Below are positions 30,620 to 40,645 of a DNA stretch of 64,000 bases, piece by piece. The notes under the pieces are model-generated. The model searched no databases, was not told the DNA's origin, and saw nothing but the letters and a program-made list of their open reading frames with translations. This DNA is from an uncultured Chloroflexia bacterium (GTDB taxonomy: Bacteria; Chloroflexota; Limnocylindria; Limnocylindrales; CSP1-4): contig CAWFXA010000003.1 in NCBI GenBank assembly GCA_963819655.1, positions 288,001 to 352,000 of the forward strand, in the 5' to 3' direction. Position numbers and translations under genes: made by a program. Position 1 is the stretch's first letter; each line of letters opens with the position of its first letter.

Positions 30620-31989
30620 CCGACACCGATCAGACGCGACCGGTGTCCGCGACGGCACTCGACTGGCCGGTGCCGACCACCCGTTCGGCGCAGCTCCACG
30701 CTCGGGCGAGCGCCGTCTCGCCGGGCGGCGTCCAAGGCGAAGGGCGGAGTGCCAACCCGTACCCGCTGTTCATGACGCGCGCCCAGGGATCGCGCATCTG
30801 GGACGTCGATGGGAACGAATACATCGACTTCCACAACTCGTTCGGGGCGGTCCTGCTGGGGCACAACGACGCACGGATAAACGAAGCCGTCAAGCGCACG
30901 ATGGACGAGCATGGCGTGTCGTTCTCGACCGCCAATCCCTTCGAGGTCGAGCTCGCAGAGCGGCTCGTCGAGATGATCCCGTCGGCCGACCGGGTGGTCT
31001 TCAGCTGCACCGGGTCGGAGGCGACCTACCACGCGATCCGGCTCGCGCGGGGGTTCACCGGTCGGGAACGGATCCTCAAGTTCGAGGGGAATTACCACGG
31101 CTGGCACGACTACGTCGCGTGGAGCCACCATTTCGCGACCGACGCGGAGGAGGCTGTCCCCGTGGCCGCATCGGCTGGCATCCCCGAGCTCGTGCGCGAT
31201 CTGGTCGTCGTCCGCGAGTACAACGACGACGCCGCCGTGCGGGACGTCCTGGCTCGTGAAGGGAACTCGATCGCCGCGGTCATCATGGAGCCCGTCTTCC
31301 ACAACGCGGGCGCAGTTCTGCCGGAGCCGGGCTTCCTCGAGGCGATCCGCGAGGCCTGTACCGACGCGGGCGTCGTCCTGATCTTTGACGAGATCATCAC
31401 AGGCTTCCGGCACGCCCCGGGCGGCGCCCAGGAACAATTCGGCGTCACGCCCGACCTCACGACGCTTGGCAAGGCGCTCGGCAATGGCTTCCCGATCTCA
31501 GCGCTCGCCGGGCGCGCCGACATCATGGATCGGCTCGGGCCCAAGGGCGACGTGCTGTTCGCGGGCACCTTCGCCGGCCACACGCTGAATGCCGCCGTGG
31601 CCCTGGAGGTCACGCGGATCGTCCGCGAGGGGTCGATCCATGGCCATATCGCGGGCCTCGGGCGACGCCTGACGAGCGGGATCCAGGCGGCCATCGACGA
31701 CACCGGCGCTCGAGTGCAGGTCCGCGAGTCGGCCGGCGTGTGGACGATGTACTTCACCGACGAGCCGATCCGCCGGTTCCGCGACTTCGCCCGGTTCGCG
31801 ATGGACAAGGACCACCCGGTCCAACGGGCGTACCGGGGCTGGCTCCTCGAGCGTGGCATCTACGTCCACCCGCACTACATGATCCGGGGCTTCCTCACGG
31901 GCGCCCACACCGAGGACGACGTCGATCGGGTGGTGGATGCGACCGCGGGGTTCCTGAGGGCCAACCGCGAGATGCTCGGGGTGCAGTAG
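30616..31989 (+). CDS. Class III PLP aminotransferase (glutamate-1-semialdehyde aminomutase-like)
   Basis: SPGGVQG, WDVDGNEYID, TGSEAT, FEGNYHG, IFDEIITGFR, GKALGNG, GTFAG. Not called hemL because of its context. Confidence 0.9.
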   Translation: MTDTDQTRPVSATALDWPVPTTRSAQLHARASAVSPGGVQGEGRSANPYPLFMTRAQGSRIWDVDGNEYIDFHNSFGAVLLGHNDARINEAVKRTMDEHGVSFSTANPFEVELAERLVEMIPSADRVVFSCTGSEATYHAIRLARGFTGRERILKFEGNYHGWHDYVAWSHHFATDAEEAVPVAASAGIPELVRDLVVVREYNDDAAVRDVLAREGNSIAAVIMEPVFHNAGAVLPEPGFLEAIREACTDAGVVLIFDEIITGFRHAPGGAQEQFGVTPDLTTLGKALGNGFPISALAGRADIMDRLGPKGDVLFAGTFAGHTLNAAVALEVTRIVREGSIHGHIAGLGRRLTSGIQAAIDDTGARVQVRESAGVWTMYFTDEPIRRFRDFARFAMDKDHPVQRAYRGWLLERGIYVHPHYMIRGFLTGAHTEDDVDRVVDATAGFLRANREMLGVQ

Positions 31990-32012
31990 CTCCCGGGCGG
32001 CCGGCCGGCCGG

Positions 32013-32957
32013 TCAGGTCTCCAGGATCGGGCGCATGAACCGCGCAGCCTGCTCGACGGCGGCCTCGGGCGGCAGGCCGGCGTCCTCGTTCTCGATGGCG
32101 AGCACATCGTCGTAGCCGACCGCGCGCAGCGCGGCCACGAACGCCGACCAAAATTCGACGCCGTGGGCACGGCCGACCGTCCGGAAGACCCACCCCCGCT
32201 GCGACGGGTCGTCGAACGGACGCTGGTCGAGGACGCCGGCGAGCGCGACCTGCTCGGCGACGATCTCGGTGTCCTTCAGGTGGACGTGGTACACGGCCCG
32301 CCCGAGCGCCCGGATGACGGCGAGCGGGTCCATCTGCTGCCAGAACAGGTGGGACGGATCGAGGTTGGCCCCGACGATCGGGCCGACCGCAGCGCGCATC
32401 CGCTCGAGCGTCGGCACGTTGTACACGAGATGGAGCGGGTGGAGCTCGAACGCGAGCTGGTCGATGCCGGCGGCGCGGGCGTCGGCGCCGAGGCCCTGCC
32501 ACAGCTCGATCGCGGCCGTCCATTGCCGCTCGAGCAGCGCCATCGCATCCGCCGGCCACGGGTACCACGTGAAGTTGACCGTCGACGAGCCCGGTCCATC
32601 GCCCGGGCTGCCCGACATCGTGACGATCTTGCGCACGCCCAGCTCGGCCGCCAGCCTGATCGTCGAGCGAATCAGCGCGACGTGCGCATCACCAACGACC
32701 GGGTGGAGCGGCCAGGCCGAGCAGTTGAGTGCCGCGATCCGCAGGCCACGGCTCTCGAACGCGGCAGCGAACGCCGCGCGCTTCCGCGCGTCGCCGAGGA
32801 GCTCGTCGATCCGGAGGTGCGGGGCCGACGATTGGCCACCGGTCGCGATCTCGATGCCCGTCGCCCCGATCCGTGCGGCGACGTCCAACGCGTCCTCGAA
32901 CCCGAGATGTGCGAGCGAGTCGGTGTAGAGGCCGAGCTCCAAGGGTCTCGCGCTCAC
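32013..32957 (-). CDS. Sugar phosphate isomerase/epimerase TIM barrel (AP-endonuclease-2 family)
   Basis: EIATGG, FELHP, NLDPSHLFWQ, HVHLKDT, FRTVG, IENED. Confidence 0.85.
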   Translation of the reverse strand: MSARPLELGLYTDSLAHLGFEDALDVAARIGATGIEIATGGQSSAPHLRIDELLGDARKRAAFAAAFESRGLRIAALNCSAWPLHPVVGDAHVALIRSTIRLAAELGVRKIVTMSGSPGDGPGSSTVNFTWYPWPADAMALLERQWTAAIELWQGLGADARAAGIDQLAFELHPLHLVYNVPTLERMRAAVGPIVGANLDPSHLFWQQMDPLAVIRALGRAVYHVHLKDTEIVAEQVALAGVLDQRPFDDPSQRGWVFRTVGRAHGVEFWSAFVAALRAVGYDDVLAIENEDAGLPPEAAVEQAARFMRPILET

Positions 32958-33104
32958 GGAGCCGGCGTTACGCCGGGCGAGATCACGACCTTCGTGGCGC
33001 CGCCCGAGCGCAGCAGGTCGGGGCCCTCGCCCACGCGATCCAGCGGGAGGACGTGGGTCACGATCGGGTCGAGCGGGAGGGAACCGCCCTCGACGAGCCG
33101 GGCC
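32954..33104 (-). pseudogene. Relic 3' end of a Zn-dependent dehydrogenase paralogous to 40646..41668
   Basis: Translates RLVEGGSLPLDPIVTHVLPLDRVGEGPDLLRSGGATKVVISPGVTPAP*; 39/48 aa identical by hand alignment to the C-terminus of 40646..41668; no start codon. Confidence 0.85.
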
Positions 33105-34088
33105 TCATGGCGCGGTCCGGATGTGAACCTTGATGTTGGTGTCGGTGTCGCGGGCCGCCGCGAGCGCGTCGATCGCCCGCTCGAGTGGGATGCTGGCGGT
33201 GACGATCCGGGCTGGATCGACGGCCCCGCTGGCCAAGAAACGGATCGTCTTCGGCCAGATGCCCACCGAACCGATCATGCCCTCGAGGCGCAACGACTTG
33301 GACTGGATGAGCCCGAGGGCGGCCGGCGTGGTTGAACCGATGTTGATGCCGACGTATGCAACCCGCCCCCGCAGACCGACGACCTCCAGGGCGAGAGCCA
33401 TGGCCGCCGGGGCACCCGCGGCCTCGATCACACCGTCGAAGCCCCGCCCGTCTGTCAGCTCGTCAACTCCGTCCCTGAACAATTCGCTGCTGGGATCAAG
33501 CGCGGCCGTGGCGCCCAAGTCCAGAGCCTTCTCCCGGCGCCCAGCCTTCGGCTCGATCACCACCACATGCGCGTTGTTGGCGGCCGCAGCCATGATCGCG
33601 AGGAGCCCGATCGGACCGGACCCGATCACCGCGATCGTGTCGCTCGGATCGACGCCGCCCAGGCAGAGGGTGGCGTTGTAGGCGACGCTGAATGGTTCCA
33701 CCAGAGCCGCCTGCGTGTAGCTCAGCTGGTCCGGGATCTTGTGGAGCCACTCGCTGCGCGCCCGGAAGAGCTCCGCCGCCGCGCCGCTGATGCTGAACCC
33801 GAAATGGTCGCGGCCGCCCTGTCCTACCACGCACTCGCCGACGACGCGGTCGCCGGCAGCAAGATCCTTGACGTTGGCACCGACTTCCACGACCTCGCCG
33901 GACCACTCATGACCGGGCGTTATCGGGTACTCGAAGGCGATGATGTATCGCCCCTCGAGGAGCTCGAAGTCGGAATGGCAGATCCCCACCACGTGAGACC
34001 GCACAAGGACATCGTCAGGGCCGATCGCTGGCGGGTCGACTTCCAGGACAGCGGCGTTGTTCGGGCCCGAATAGACGAGTGCCTTCAT
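33105..34088 (-). CDS. Zn-dependent (MDR) dehydrogenase lacking the structural-Zn lobe
   Basis: GICHSD, GHEWSG, GEC, VEPFS, GSGPIG. Confidence 0.9.
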   Translation of the reverse strand: MKALVYSGPNNAAVLEVDPPAIGPDDVLVRSHVVGICHSDFELLEGRYIIAFEYPITPGHEWSGEVVEVGANVKDLAAGDRVVGECVVGQGGRDHFGFSISGAAAELFRARSEWLHKIPDQLSYTQAALVEPFSVAYNATLCLGGVDPSDTIAVIGSGPIGLLAIMAAAANNAHVVVIEPKAGRREKALDLGATAALDPSSELFRDGVDELTDGRGFDGVIEAAGAPAAMALALEVVGLRGRVAYVGINIGSTTPAALGLIQSKSLRLEGMIGSVGIWPKTIRFLASGAVDPARIVTASIPLERAIDALAAARDTDTNIKVHIRTAP

Positions 34089-34185
34089 CTGATGCCTCTG
34101 CTGGAGATGATGGACTGCGTGCCCTCTCTGACACGTCGTGCCGGCGAGTAGACGCCGACGGCACGCTAGGAGCGCCACGTGCACT

Positions 34186-34231
34186 TTGCGACCAGCTGGC
34201 GCTGATGCTACGCTCTCTGAAATCGTTTGCA
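34186..34231 (+). promoter_or_regulatory. Sigma70 promoter plus LacI-type operator
   Basis: TTGCGA-17-(TGn)TACGCT, then TGAAATCGTTTGCA at 34218-34231. Confidence 0.7.
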
Positions 34232-34248
34232 CAGAAGGGAGCTGGAGG

Positions 34249-35481
34249 ATGCCCGGCCCGGGTGCGGACCTCGTCGGCGCTGAGGAACTCGCTGAGCTCA
34301 ACGATGTGATCGCGAGCGGCCACCTGAGCCGCTTCGGCCCCGACGATGCGAGCTTTCCGGCCAAGGTCCGCCGGTTCGAGGAAACGGTCGCCGAGCTCGC
34401 TGGGACGGGCTATGCCCTCGCGGTCAACTCGGGCACCAGCGCGCTGTTCCTCTCGCTGGTCGGGCTGGGAGTCGGGCCCGGTGACGAGGTCATCGTGCCG
34501 GGCTTCACCTACGTCGCCACGATCTCGTCAGTTGTCTATGCGCGGGCGCGGCCCGTCCTTGCCGAGGTTGACGAGACGTTCGACCTCGACCCCGCCGATG
34601 TCGAGGCGCGGATCACCCCGCGGACCAAGGCGATCATCGTGGTCCACATGCTCGGCAACCCGGGCCGGATCGCCGAGCTGCGGGCCGTGGCCGAGCGGCA
34701 CGGGCTTGCCCTGATCGAGGACTGCGCGCAGGCGTTCGGCGCGACCTACCGCGGTGGTTGGGTCGGCTCGCACGGAGCCGTCGGGACCTACAGCTTCAAC
34801 GAGTTCAAGACGATCACCTGCGGCGATGGCGGCATGCTCGTCACAGACGACGAGGCGCTCTACCGGCGCGCCTTCGCCATGCACGACCAGGGCCACAGCC
34901 CGAACCGCCGCGGCGTCGAGGTCGGCAATCGCCCGTTCCTCGGCCTGAACTTCCGGATGACCGAGCTCGAGGGCGCGGTACTCCTCGCCCAGGTCCGCCG
35001 GATCGACCGCATCCGGGACCATCTGCGCGCGAACCGCGACATCGTCCACGACATCATCGGCGAGGTCCGGGGCATCGAGTTCCGGACGCTGCCCGACCCG
35101 GACGGCGACCTGGCGACGCACCTGGTCGTCATCTTCCCCGATGTCGCCACTGCCAGCGCCGTGACCAGCGAGCTCGGCTCGAACACACTCGCCACGTCGG
35201 GTTGGCACGTCTACACGGAAATGGAGCACGTGTTGACGGGCCGGACAGCAACCGGTCGAGGCTGCCCGTTCGATTGCACGTGTACGGACCCGTCGACGCC
35301 CGACTACCGCGCAGGGATGCTGCCGGCCACCGACCGGCTCCTCGAGCGCTCGATGAGCTTCTCGATCGGCGTCCTCGACCCGAACCTCGCGCCGTTCGGG
35401 CTTCGGATGCGCGACGGCGAGGACGTCGCACGGGCCAAGGCCGAACAGTTCCGGGCGGTCGCGACCCGAGTCCTGGGGTAG
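34249..35481 (+). CDS. DegT/DnrJ/EryC1/StrS PLP aminotransferase (B1)
   Basis: NSGTSAL, GDEVIVPGFTY, IEDCAQA, SFNEFKTITCGDGG, NFRMTEL; SD GGAGG. Confidence 0.9.
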   Translation: MPGPGADLVGAEELAELNDVIASGHLSRFGPDDASFPAKVRRFEETVAELAGTGYALAVNSGTSALFLSLVGLGVGPGDEVIVPGFTYVATISSVVYARARPVLAEVDETFDLDPADVEARITPRTKAIIVVHMLGNPGRIAELRAVAERHGLALIEDCAQAFGATYRGGWVGSHGAVGTYSFNEFKTITCGDGGMLVTDDEALYRRAFAMHDQGHSPNRRGVEVGNRPFLGLNFRMTELEGAVLLAQVRRIDRIRDHLRANRDIVHDIIGEVRGIEFRTLPDPDGDLATHLVVIFPDVATASAVTSELGSNTLATSGWHVYTEMEHVLTGRTATGRGCPFDCTCTDPSTPDYRAGMLPATDRLLERSMSFSIGVLDPNLAPFGLRMRDGEDVARAKAEQFRAVATRVLG

Positions 35482-35485
35482 GCCC

Positions 35486-36679
35486 CTAAGCGTTCAGCTC
35501 GCCGCTCGTGAGCCGGCCTGCGAGATCAGCGAGGAACGCTGCCGCCTGTGCGCCGTCGGTGACCCGATGGTCGACCGACAACGTGAGGGTCACGACCGGG
35601 GCGACCACCATCTTGCCGTCCCTTGCCACGACCATGTCGCGCACGCGACCGACCGCGAGGATCGCCGACTCGGGCGGGTTCACGATCGCGGTGAACCGAT
35701 CGACGCCATGCTGACCCAGGTTGGAGATCGTGAAGACCGCGCCGACGAGCGCATCCACCGGGAGCTTCCCGGCACGCGCCCAGTCCTGGAGCGCTGCACG
35801 CTCCCGGGAGATCACTGCGACCTCCTTCGTGTCGGCGTCGCGGAGAACCGGCACGAGCAGGCCTTCCTCTAGGGCAACGGCGATCCCGAGGTGGATGCCG
35901 TCCGCGGGGATCAGCCCGTCCGGGTCGTAACGACTAACAAGCCGCGGATGGTCGCGCAGTGTGCGCGCGACCGCCGAGATGAGCACGTCGGCATAGGAAA
36001 CTCCGGCGGCGGTTCGGGCCGCGTTCGCGGCGGTCATGTCGATGTCACTGGAGACGGAGAATTGGGGCACGTCGCGGAACGAGTGGGTCATTCGCTCGAC
36101 GATCGCCCGGCGCATTCGCGACAGCGGGGGACGGACGGCCGCGGGACCCTGCAGACCAGCCCCCGCGCTGGGCGCGACCGGCGCGGAGCCCGATACGCCG
36201 CTCGAGCTCTCCGAGCGATGCGCCGTCTCGACGTCGTCGACCGAGACCCGGCCACCCTTGGCAGCGCGGACCCGGGCCAGGTCTACACCCAGTTCCAGCG
36301 CGCGTTTACGGGCGGCCGGACTCGCGACCACCCGACCGTTCGCAGGCGGGGACGGGACCGGTAGAGGCACCGGCGCCGCCTCAGCGATCGGTCGCTCGGG
36401 CGCGGCCAGCGTCAACGGGACGGCCATCGGCTCGTCGGCAGTGGTCGTGATGAGCGCGATGACCTGTGTCACCGGGACCGTCTCTCCGGCGGCAACAAGG
36501 AGCTTGCGAACATATCCAGCGACAGGCGACTCCACCTCCATGGTGGCCTTGTCCGTCTCGACCTCGAACAGGATCTCGCCGGTTTCGATGCGATCGCCTT
36601 CCTTCTTCAGCCACGCAACGAGCATGCCCTCGTCCATGGTCAGGCCGAGCTTCGGCAGGATGACCGAGGTGACGCTCAC
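35486..36679 (-). CDS. acoC: Dihydrolipoamide acyltransferase E2 (AcoC-like)
   Basis: Lipoyl ETDKAT, ASPAARK, TISNLG, DHRVTDG. Confidence 0.85.
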   Translation of the reverse strand: MSVTSVILPKLGLTMDEGMLVAWLKKEGDRIETGEILFEVETDKATMEVESPVAGYVRKLLVAAGETVPVTQVIALITTTADEPMAVPLTLAAPERPIAEAAPVPLPVPSPPANGRVVASPAARKRALELGVDLARVRAAKGGRVSVDDVETAHRSESSSGVSGSAPVAPSAGAGLQGPAAVRPPLSRMRRAIVERMTHSFRDVPQFSVSSDIDMTAANAARTAAGVSYADVLISAVARTLRDHPRLVSRYDPDGLIPADGIHLGIAVALEEGLLVPVLRDADTKEVAVISRERAALQDWARAGKLPVDALVGAVFTISNLGQHGVDRFTAIVNPPESAILAVGRVRDMVVARDGKMVVAPVVTLTLSVDHRVTDGAQAAAFLADLAGRLTSGELNA

Positions 36680-37692
36680 CCAACGAGCTCGTTCGCGACG
36701 CGGACGATGTCCTCGACCTGCGGGATGACCCCGCGCTCGAGATGGGCGGCATACGGGATCGGCGTCTCGGCACCGGCAAGACGGCGCGGCGGGGCGTCCA
36801 GATCGTCGAAGGCCTCCTCTGCGACGAGTGCGGCGATCTCGCCGCCATAGCCACCACGCTTGATCGCCTCGTGCACGACGAGCAGCCGGCGCGTCTTGCG
36901 CACGCTCGCGAGAATCGTCTCCTTGTCGAGCGGCACGAGCGAGCGAAGGTCGATGACCTCCGTCTCGACCCCATCGGCGGCCAGCGTTGCCGCCGCTTCG
37001 AGGGCGAAGAGCACCTCGCGGGACCAGGTCACGATCGTGAGATCGCTCCCCTCGCGCTTCACATCGGCTATGCCGAGCGGGACGACATGATCGCCCTCAG
37101 GCACCGGCCCTTTCGTGCGGTAGAGCAGCTTGTGCTCGATGAACATGACCGGGTCGTCGTCCCTGATGGCCGCGGTCAGGAGGCCTTTCGCATCGGCCGG
37201 TGTGGCCGGCATGACGACCTTCAGGCCGGCTACGTGCGTGAACCACGCCTCGAGCGACTTGGAGTGCTGCGCTGCGTTGCCCCGACCCGAGCCACCCTGG
37301 GTACGCACGACGAGCGGCACGCGGGCCTGACCACCGAACATGAACCGGTTCTGCGCGGCCTGGTTCACGATCTGGTCGATGGCGAGACCGGAGAAGTCGA
37401 TGTACATGAGCTCGACGACCGGCCGGAGGCCGGTGAGCGCGGCTCCGACGCCTGCCCCAACGATCCCGAGCTCACTGATCGGCGTCTGGCGGATACGTTG
37501 CGGCCCGAACTCGGCGAGCAGGCCGGCGGTCACTTGAAAGGCTCCGCCGTGCTCGGCGATGTCCTCGCCCATCACCAGGACCCGCGGGTCGCGCTGCATC
37601 TCGAGCCGGAGTGCGTCGCGGAGTGCCTCCGCGTAGAACAGCTCGGTCGTCGCGCCTGGAGCCCTGGTGGCGGCCGCCTCAGAAGCTGGCAT
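36676..37692 (-). CDS. acoB: 2-oxoacid/acetoin dehydrogenase E1 beta
   Basis: [33 protein letters not shown]. Confidence 0.85.
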   Translation of the reverse strand: MPASEAAATRAPGATTELFYAEALRDALRLEMQRDPRVLVMGEDIAEHGGAFQVTAGLLAEFGPQRIRQTPISELGIVGAGVGAALTGLRPVVELMYIDFSGLAIDQIVNQAAQNRFMFGGQARVPLVVRTQGGSGRGNAAQHSKSLEAWFTHVAGLKVVMPATPADAKGLLTAAIRDDDPVMFIEHKLLYRTKGPVPEGDHVVPLGIADVKREGSDLTIVTWSREVLFALEAAATLAADGVETEVIDLRSLVPLDKETILASVRKTRRLLVVHEAIKRGGYGGEIAALVAEEAFDDLDAPPRRLAGAETPIPYAAHLERGVIPQVEDIVRVANELVG

Positions 37693-38644
37693 AGATCTCT
37701 TCTAGCGTGATCGGCGATGCGATCGGGCCGGTCTCCGCCCAGGCGATCGCGGCCTCGGTCTCCTCGTCCACCTCGCGGTCGAGGGCATTGATCTCCGCCT
37801 CGGTCACGACGCCGTCCGAGATCAGCCAGGCACGGGCATTGATGATCGGGTCGAACGTCGCACGCCAGACCTCCATCTCCTCCTTCGGGCGGTAATGCTG
37901 TGGATCGCCGTAGTAGTGGCCCTCGTGGCGGTAGGCCTCGGCAACGATGAGCGTCGGACCGTCTCCCGCCCGAGCCCGGACGATCGCCTCGCCGGCGACC
38001 GCGTACACGAGACGGACGTCCCGGGCATCGACGTTGACTCCCGGAATCCCGTAACCGACTGCCCGCGAGGCGATGTCTTCGGTCGCAAAGGCCTTGCCGA
38101 CCGGGAGACTCTCCGCGTACTGGTTGTTCTCGCAGACGTAGACGACCGGTAGCTTCCAGATCGCGGCGAGGTTCAGCGACTCGTGGAACGTGCCCTCGTT
38201 CGCGGCCCCGTCGCCAAAGAACGAGACGGCGACCTGGTCCGTGCCGAGCTGCTGAGCGGTCAGAGCTGCGCCGGTCGCGATCGGGATGCCACCACCAACG
38301 ATCCCGTTCGCGCCCAGGTTGCCCTTGGATGTGTCGGCGATGTGCATCGAGCCGCCCCGGCCGCGGCAGTAGCCCGTTTCGCGCCCGAGCAGCTCCGCGT
38401 ACATCTTGCCGAGGTCGGCCCCCTTGGCGATGCAGTGGCCGTGACCACGATGCGTCGACGTGATCCAGTCGTCATCGCGAAGGTGGGCGCTGACACCCGC
38501 TGCTATCGCCTCCTCGCCCGCGTAGCTGTGGATCGTGCCCCAGATCTTGTTCTCGCCGAAGAGCGTCGTCGCGCGCTGCTCGAAGCGGCGGATCCTCCGC
38601 ATCACCCGGTAGAGGTCGATCGCGGTGACCTTGTCGATGACCAT
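37679..38644 (-). CDS. acoA: TPP-dependent 2-oxoacid/acetoin dehydrogenase E1 alpha
   Basis: [39 protein letters not shown]. Confidence 0.85.
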   Translation of the reverse strand: MVIDKVTAIDLYRVMRRIRRFEQRATTLFGENKIWGTIHSYAGEEAIAAGVSAHLRDDDWITSTHRGHGHCIAKGADLGKMYAELLGRETGYCRGRGGSMHIADTSKGNLGANGIVGGGIPIATGAALTAQQLGTDQVAVSFFGDGAANEGTFHESLNLAAIWKLPVVYVCENNQYAESLPVGKAFATEDIASRAVGYGIPGVNVDARDVRLVYAVAGEAIVRARAGDGPTLIVAEAYRHEGHYYGDPQHYRPKEEMEVWRATFDPIINARAWLISDGVVTEAEINALDREVDEETEAAIAWAETGPIASPITLEEIYASF

Positions 38645-39412
38645 CTACTCCTCGACGAAGGCGGCCACGCGGCAGATACAGGCCTCGCCGCCTTGCCAGC
38701 GCCATGGGAAAGCGCCGATGTCCACGCGCCGCCCGGCGACCTCCGCGAGCTCTCCGCCGAGGTTTTCCAGCATCGAAATGTCATTCCGCGCGGTCGCCCG
38801 GTGAACGTATTCGAAATCCTTCTCTGGCAGCGTGTCCTCGATCGGCCGACCAGTCATCGTCTCGTACTCAACGACGAGATCAGGTCGCATGTGGCGCACG
38901 CGGGTGTACAGGGAGTGGTCGATCGAGGCCAGATCCGCGCCGATCCATTTGATCCGCTTGCCGATAAGGTGATCGATGACCTCGGGTTGGGGGCCCGGAT
39001 GGCGATCAAAGTACGTCACATCGTCACGCGTCGGCTTGGTCCAGTTGTACTTGTCCCAGCCCGTGTAGAGCACGACGATATCGCCATCGCGGATCGATTC
39101 GCCCGACGGGACGTGGGCCTCGATGTCGGCAAGGCTGTAGTAACTCCACGGCTTGGTGATGGGCCGAAGGTCGATCACCAGGGCCGTCCCGTAGAGCTCG
39201 CTCAGCTCGATCCGGCCGAGGTCCCGACCGGTTTCCCAGTAGTGGCTCGGCGCGTCGATGTGCGTGCCGGTGTGCATATTCGTCTTCACGAGCATGGTGC
39301 TCTTGCGGTCCCGGTGATGCGTCGTGATGTCGGTGACCTCGATCGAGGCGAACTGGGGCCATGTGGGCATTCGATCGCCCCACGGCTGCGTCAGGTCGAC
39401 GATGCGCTTCAG
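38645..39412 (-). CDS. Cyclase family metal-dependent amidohydrolase (kynurenine formamidase-like)
   Basis: HTGTHIDAPSH motif, ENL, CRVAA; N-terminus KRIVDLTQ after a CTG with GGAG SD. Confidence 0.85.
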   Translation of the reverse strand: MKRIVDLTQPWGDRMPTWPQFASIEVTDITTHHRDRKSTMLVKTNMHTGTHIDAPSHYWETGRDLGRIELSELYGTALVIDLRPITKPWSYYSLADIEAHVPSGESIRDGDIVVLYTGWDKYNWTKPTRDDVTYFDRHPGPQPEVIDHLIGKRIKWIGADLASIDHSLYTRVRHMRPDLVVEYETMTGRPIEDTLPEKDFEYVHRATARNDISMLENLGGELAEVAGRRVDIGAFPWRWQGGEACICRVAAFVEE

Positions 39413-39443
39413 GGCTGGACTCCGGTTGGTCGTGGTGACAGCC

Positions 39444-40478
39444 TCACGGCTGGACCGGCGCGGCCGAGGACGCGCGGACGACGAGCTCGGTCGGGAGCGT
39501 CACGCGGACCTGGCCGATCGGTCGCCCCTCCAGGCTGTCGATGAGCAGATTGGCCCCAGCGACCCCCATATCCAGTTGGGGTACGCGCACGGTCGTCAGC
39601 GCGGGCTCGAGCAGGCCGGCCAGCGGGATGTCGTTGAAGCCGACGATCGAGAGGTCGCCCGGGACGCGGGTCCCGATCTGGCGGAGTCGCTGAAGCATGC
39701 CGATCGCGATGAGGTCGTTGGCAGCGAATACAGCCGTCGGTTTGGCGGATCCGGCGAGCATCACCTCGAGCGCGCGGTGGCCGCCCTCCTCGGAGAACGC
39801 GGTGGCCTCGACCACCAGCTCCGGCTCGTCGGCCAAGCCGAACGCAAGGACGCCAGCCCGGTAACCCCCGCGCCGTTCAACGCCTGTCGTGGTGTTCTGT
39901 GGCCCGGCGATATGGCCGACCCTGCGGTGGCCGAGATCGGCGAGATGGGCGACTACCCCGAAGGCCGCAGCGTAGTTGTCTACGACGACCGCGTGGTCTT
40001 CGGCGCGATCGGTCGCTCGGTTGAGAAGGACGAACGGGAATGCTTCTTCGCGCAGCTCGGCGATCGTGAGGTCAGCCATCTGCGAGGATGCGATGAGCAG
40101 GCCGTCGACCTGGCGATCGCGGAGCACGCGCAAGTACGTCGCCTCGCGTTGGGGCTCGTCCTCCGAGTTGCAGAGGATGAGGTTGTAGCCCCGATTGCGG
40201 GCCGCGTCTTCGGCCCCCTTGATGATCGACGAGAAGAACGGGTTCGTGATGTCCGGGACCAGCATCCCGAGCGTTAACGTCCGCTGCAGGCGGAGACTGC
40301 GGGCGAGGGCCGACGGCCGGTAGCCGAGGCGGTCGGTGGCCGCGATGATGCGCTCCCGCGTCGCCGGTCGGATCGTGGACCCCGTGTGGCCCGTGAGGAC
40401 ACGTGACACCGTCGACGGGTGCACGCGAGCCTCCGCCGCCACATCGATGATCGTCGTTCGAGCTTTCGTCTTGCCCAT
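39444..40478 (-). CDS. LacI family transcriptional regulator (2)
   Basis: TIIDVAAEARVHPSTVSRVL, PDITNPFF, VGFND, PALTT. Confidence 0.95.
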   Translation of the reverse strand: MGKTKARTTIIDVAAEARVHPSTVSRVLTGHTGSTIRPATRERIIAATDRLGYRPSALARSLRLQRTLTLGMLVPDITNPFFSSIIKGAEDAARNRGYNLILCNSEDEPQREATYLRVLRDRQVDGLLIASSQMADLTIAELREEAFPFVLLNRATDRAEDHAVVVDNYAAAFGVVAHLADLGHRRVGHIAGPQNTTTGVERRGGYRAGVLAFGLADEPELVVEATAFSEEGGHRALEVMLAGSAKPTAVFAANDLIAIGMLQRLRQIGTRVPGDLSIVGFNDIPLAGLLEPALTTVRVPQLDMGVAGANLLIDSLEGRPIGQVRVTLPTELVVRASSAAPVQP

Positions 40479-40501
40479 CTCGACACCGCCGTGCGATGGT
40501 C

Positions 40502-40546
40502 CGCAATCGATTTCCGAAGGGTACCGCCGGGCAGGATGGGGGTCAA
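40502..40546 (-). promoter_or_regulatory. Sigma70 promoter plus LacI-type operator
   Basis: Minus strand TTGACC-17-TACCCT, then GGAAATCGATTGCG (40502-40515). Confidence 0.7.
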
Positions 40547-40645
40547 GCAGAGCGTCTTCCGAACGCGCCCGCAACGACCTGCTACCTGCTGGTGGCAGGT
40601 TGTGGCTCCGGCCGGCCGGAAACCCCAGATCCCGAGCGACTCCTG

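Noticed and set aside
30616-31989. hemL for tetrapyrrole synthesis
   Set aside because: The fold matches, but there are no hem genes nearby and it is coupled to sugar oxidoreductases.
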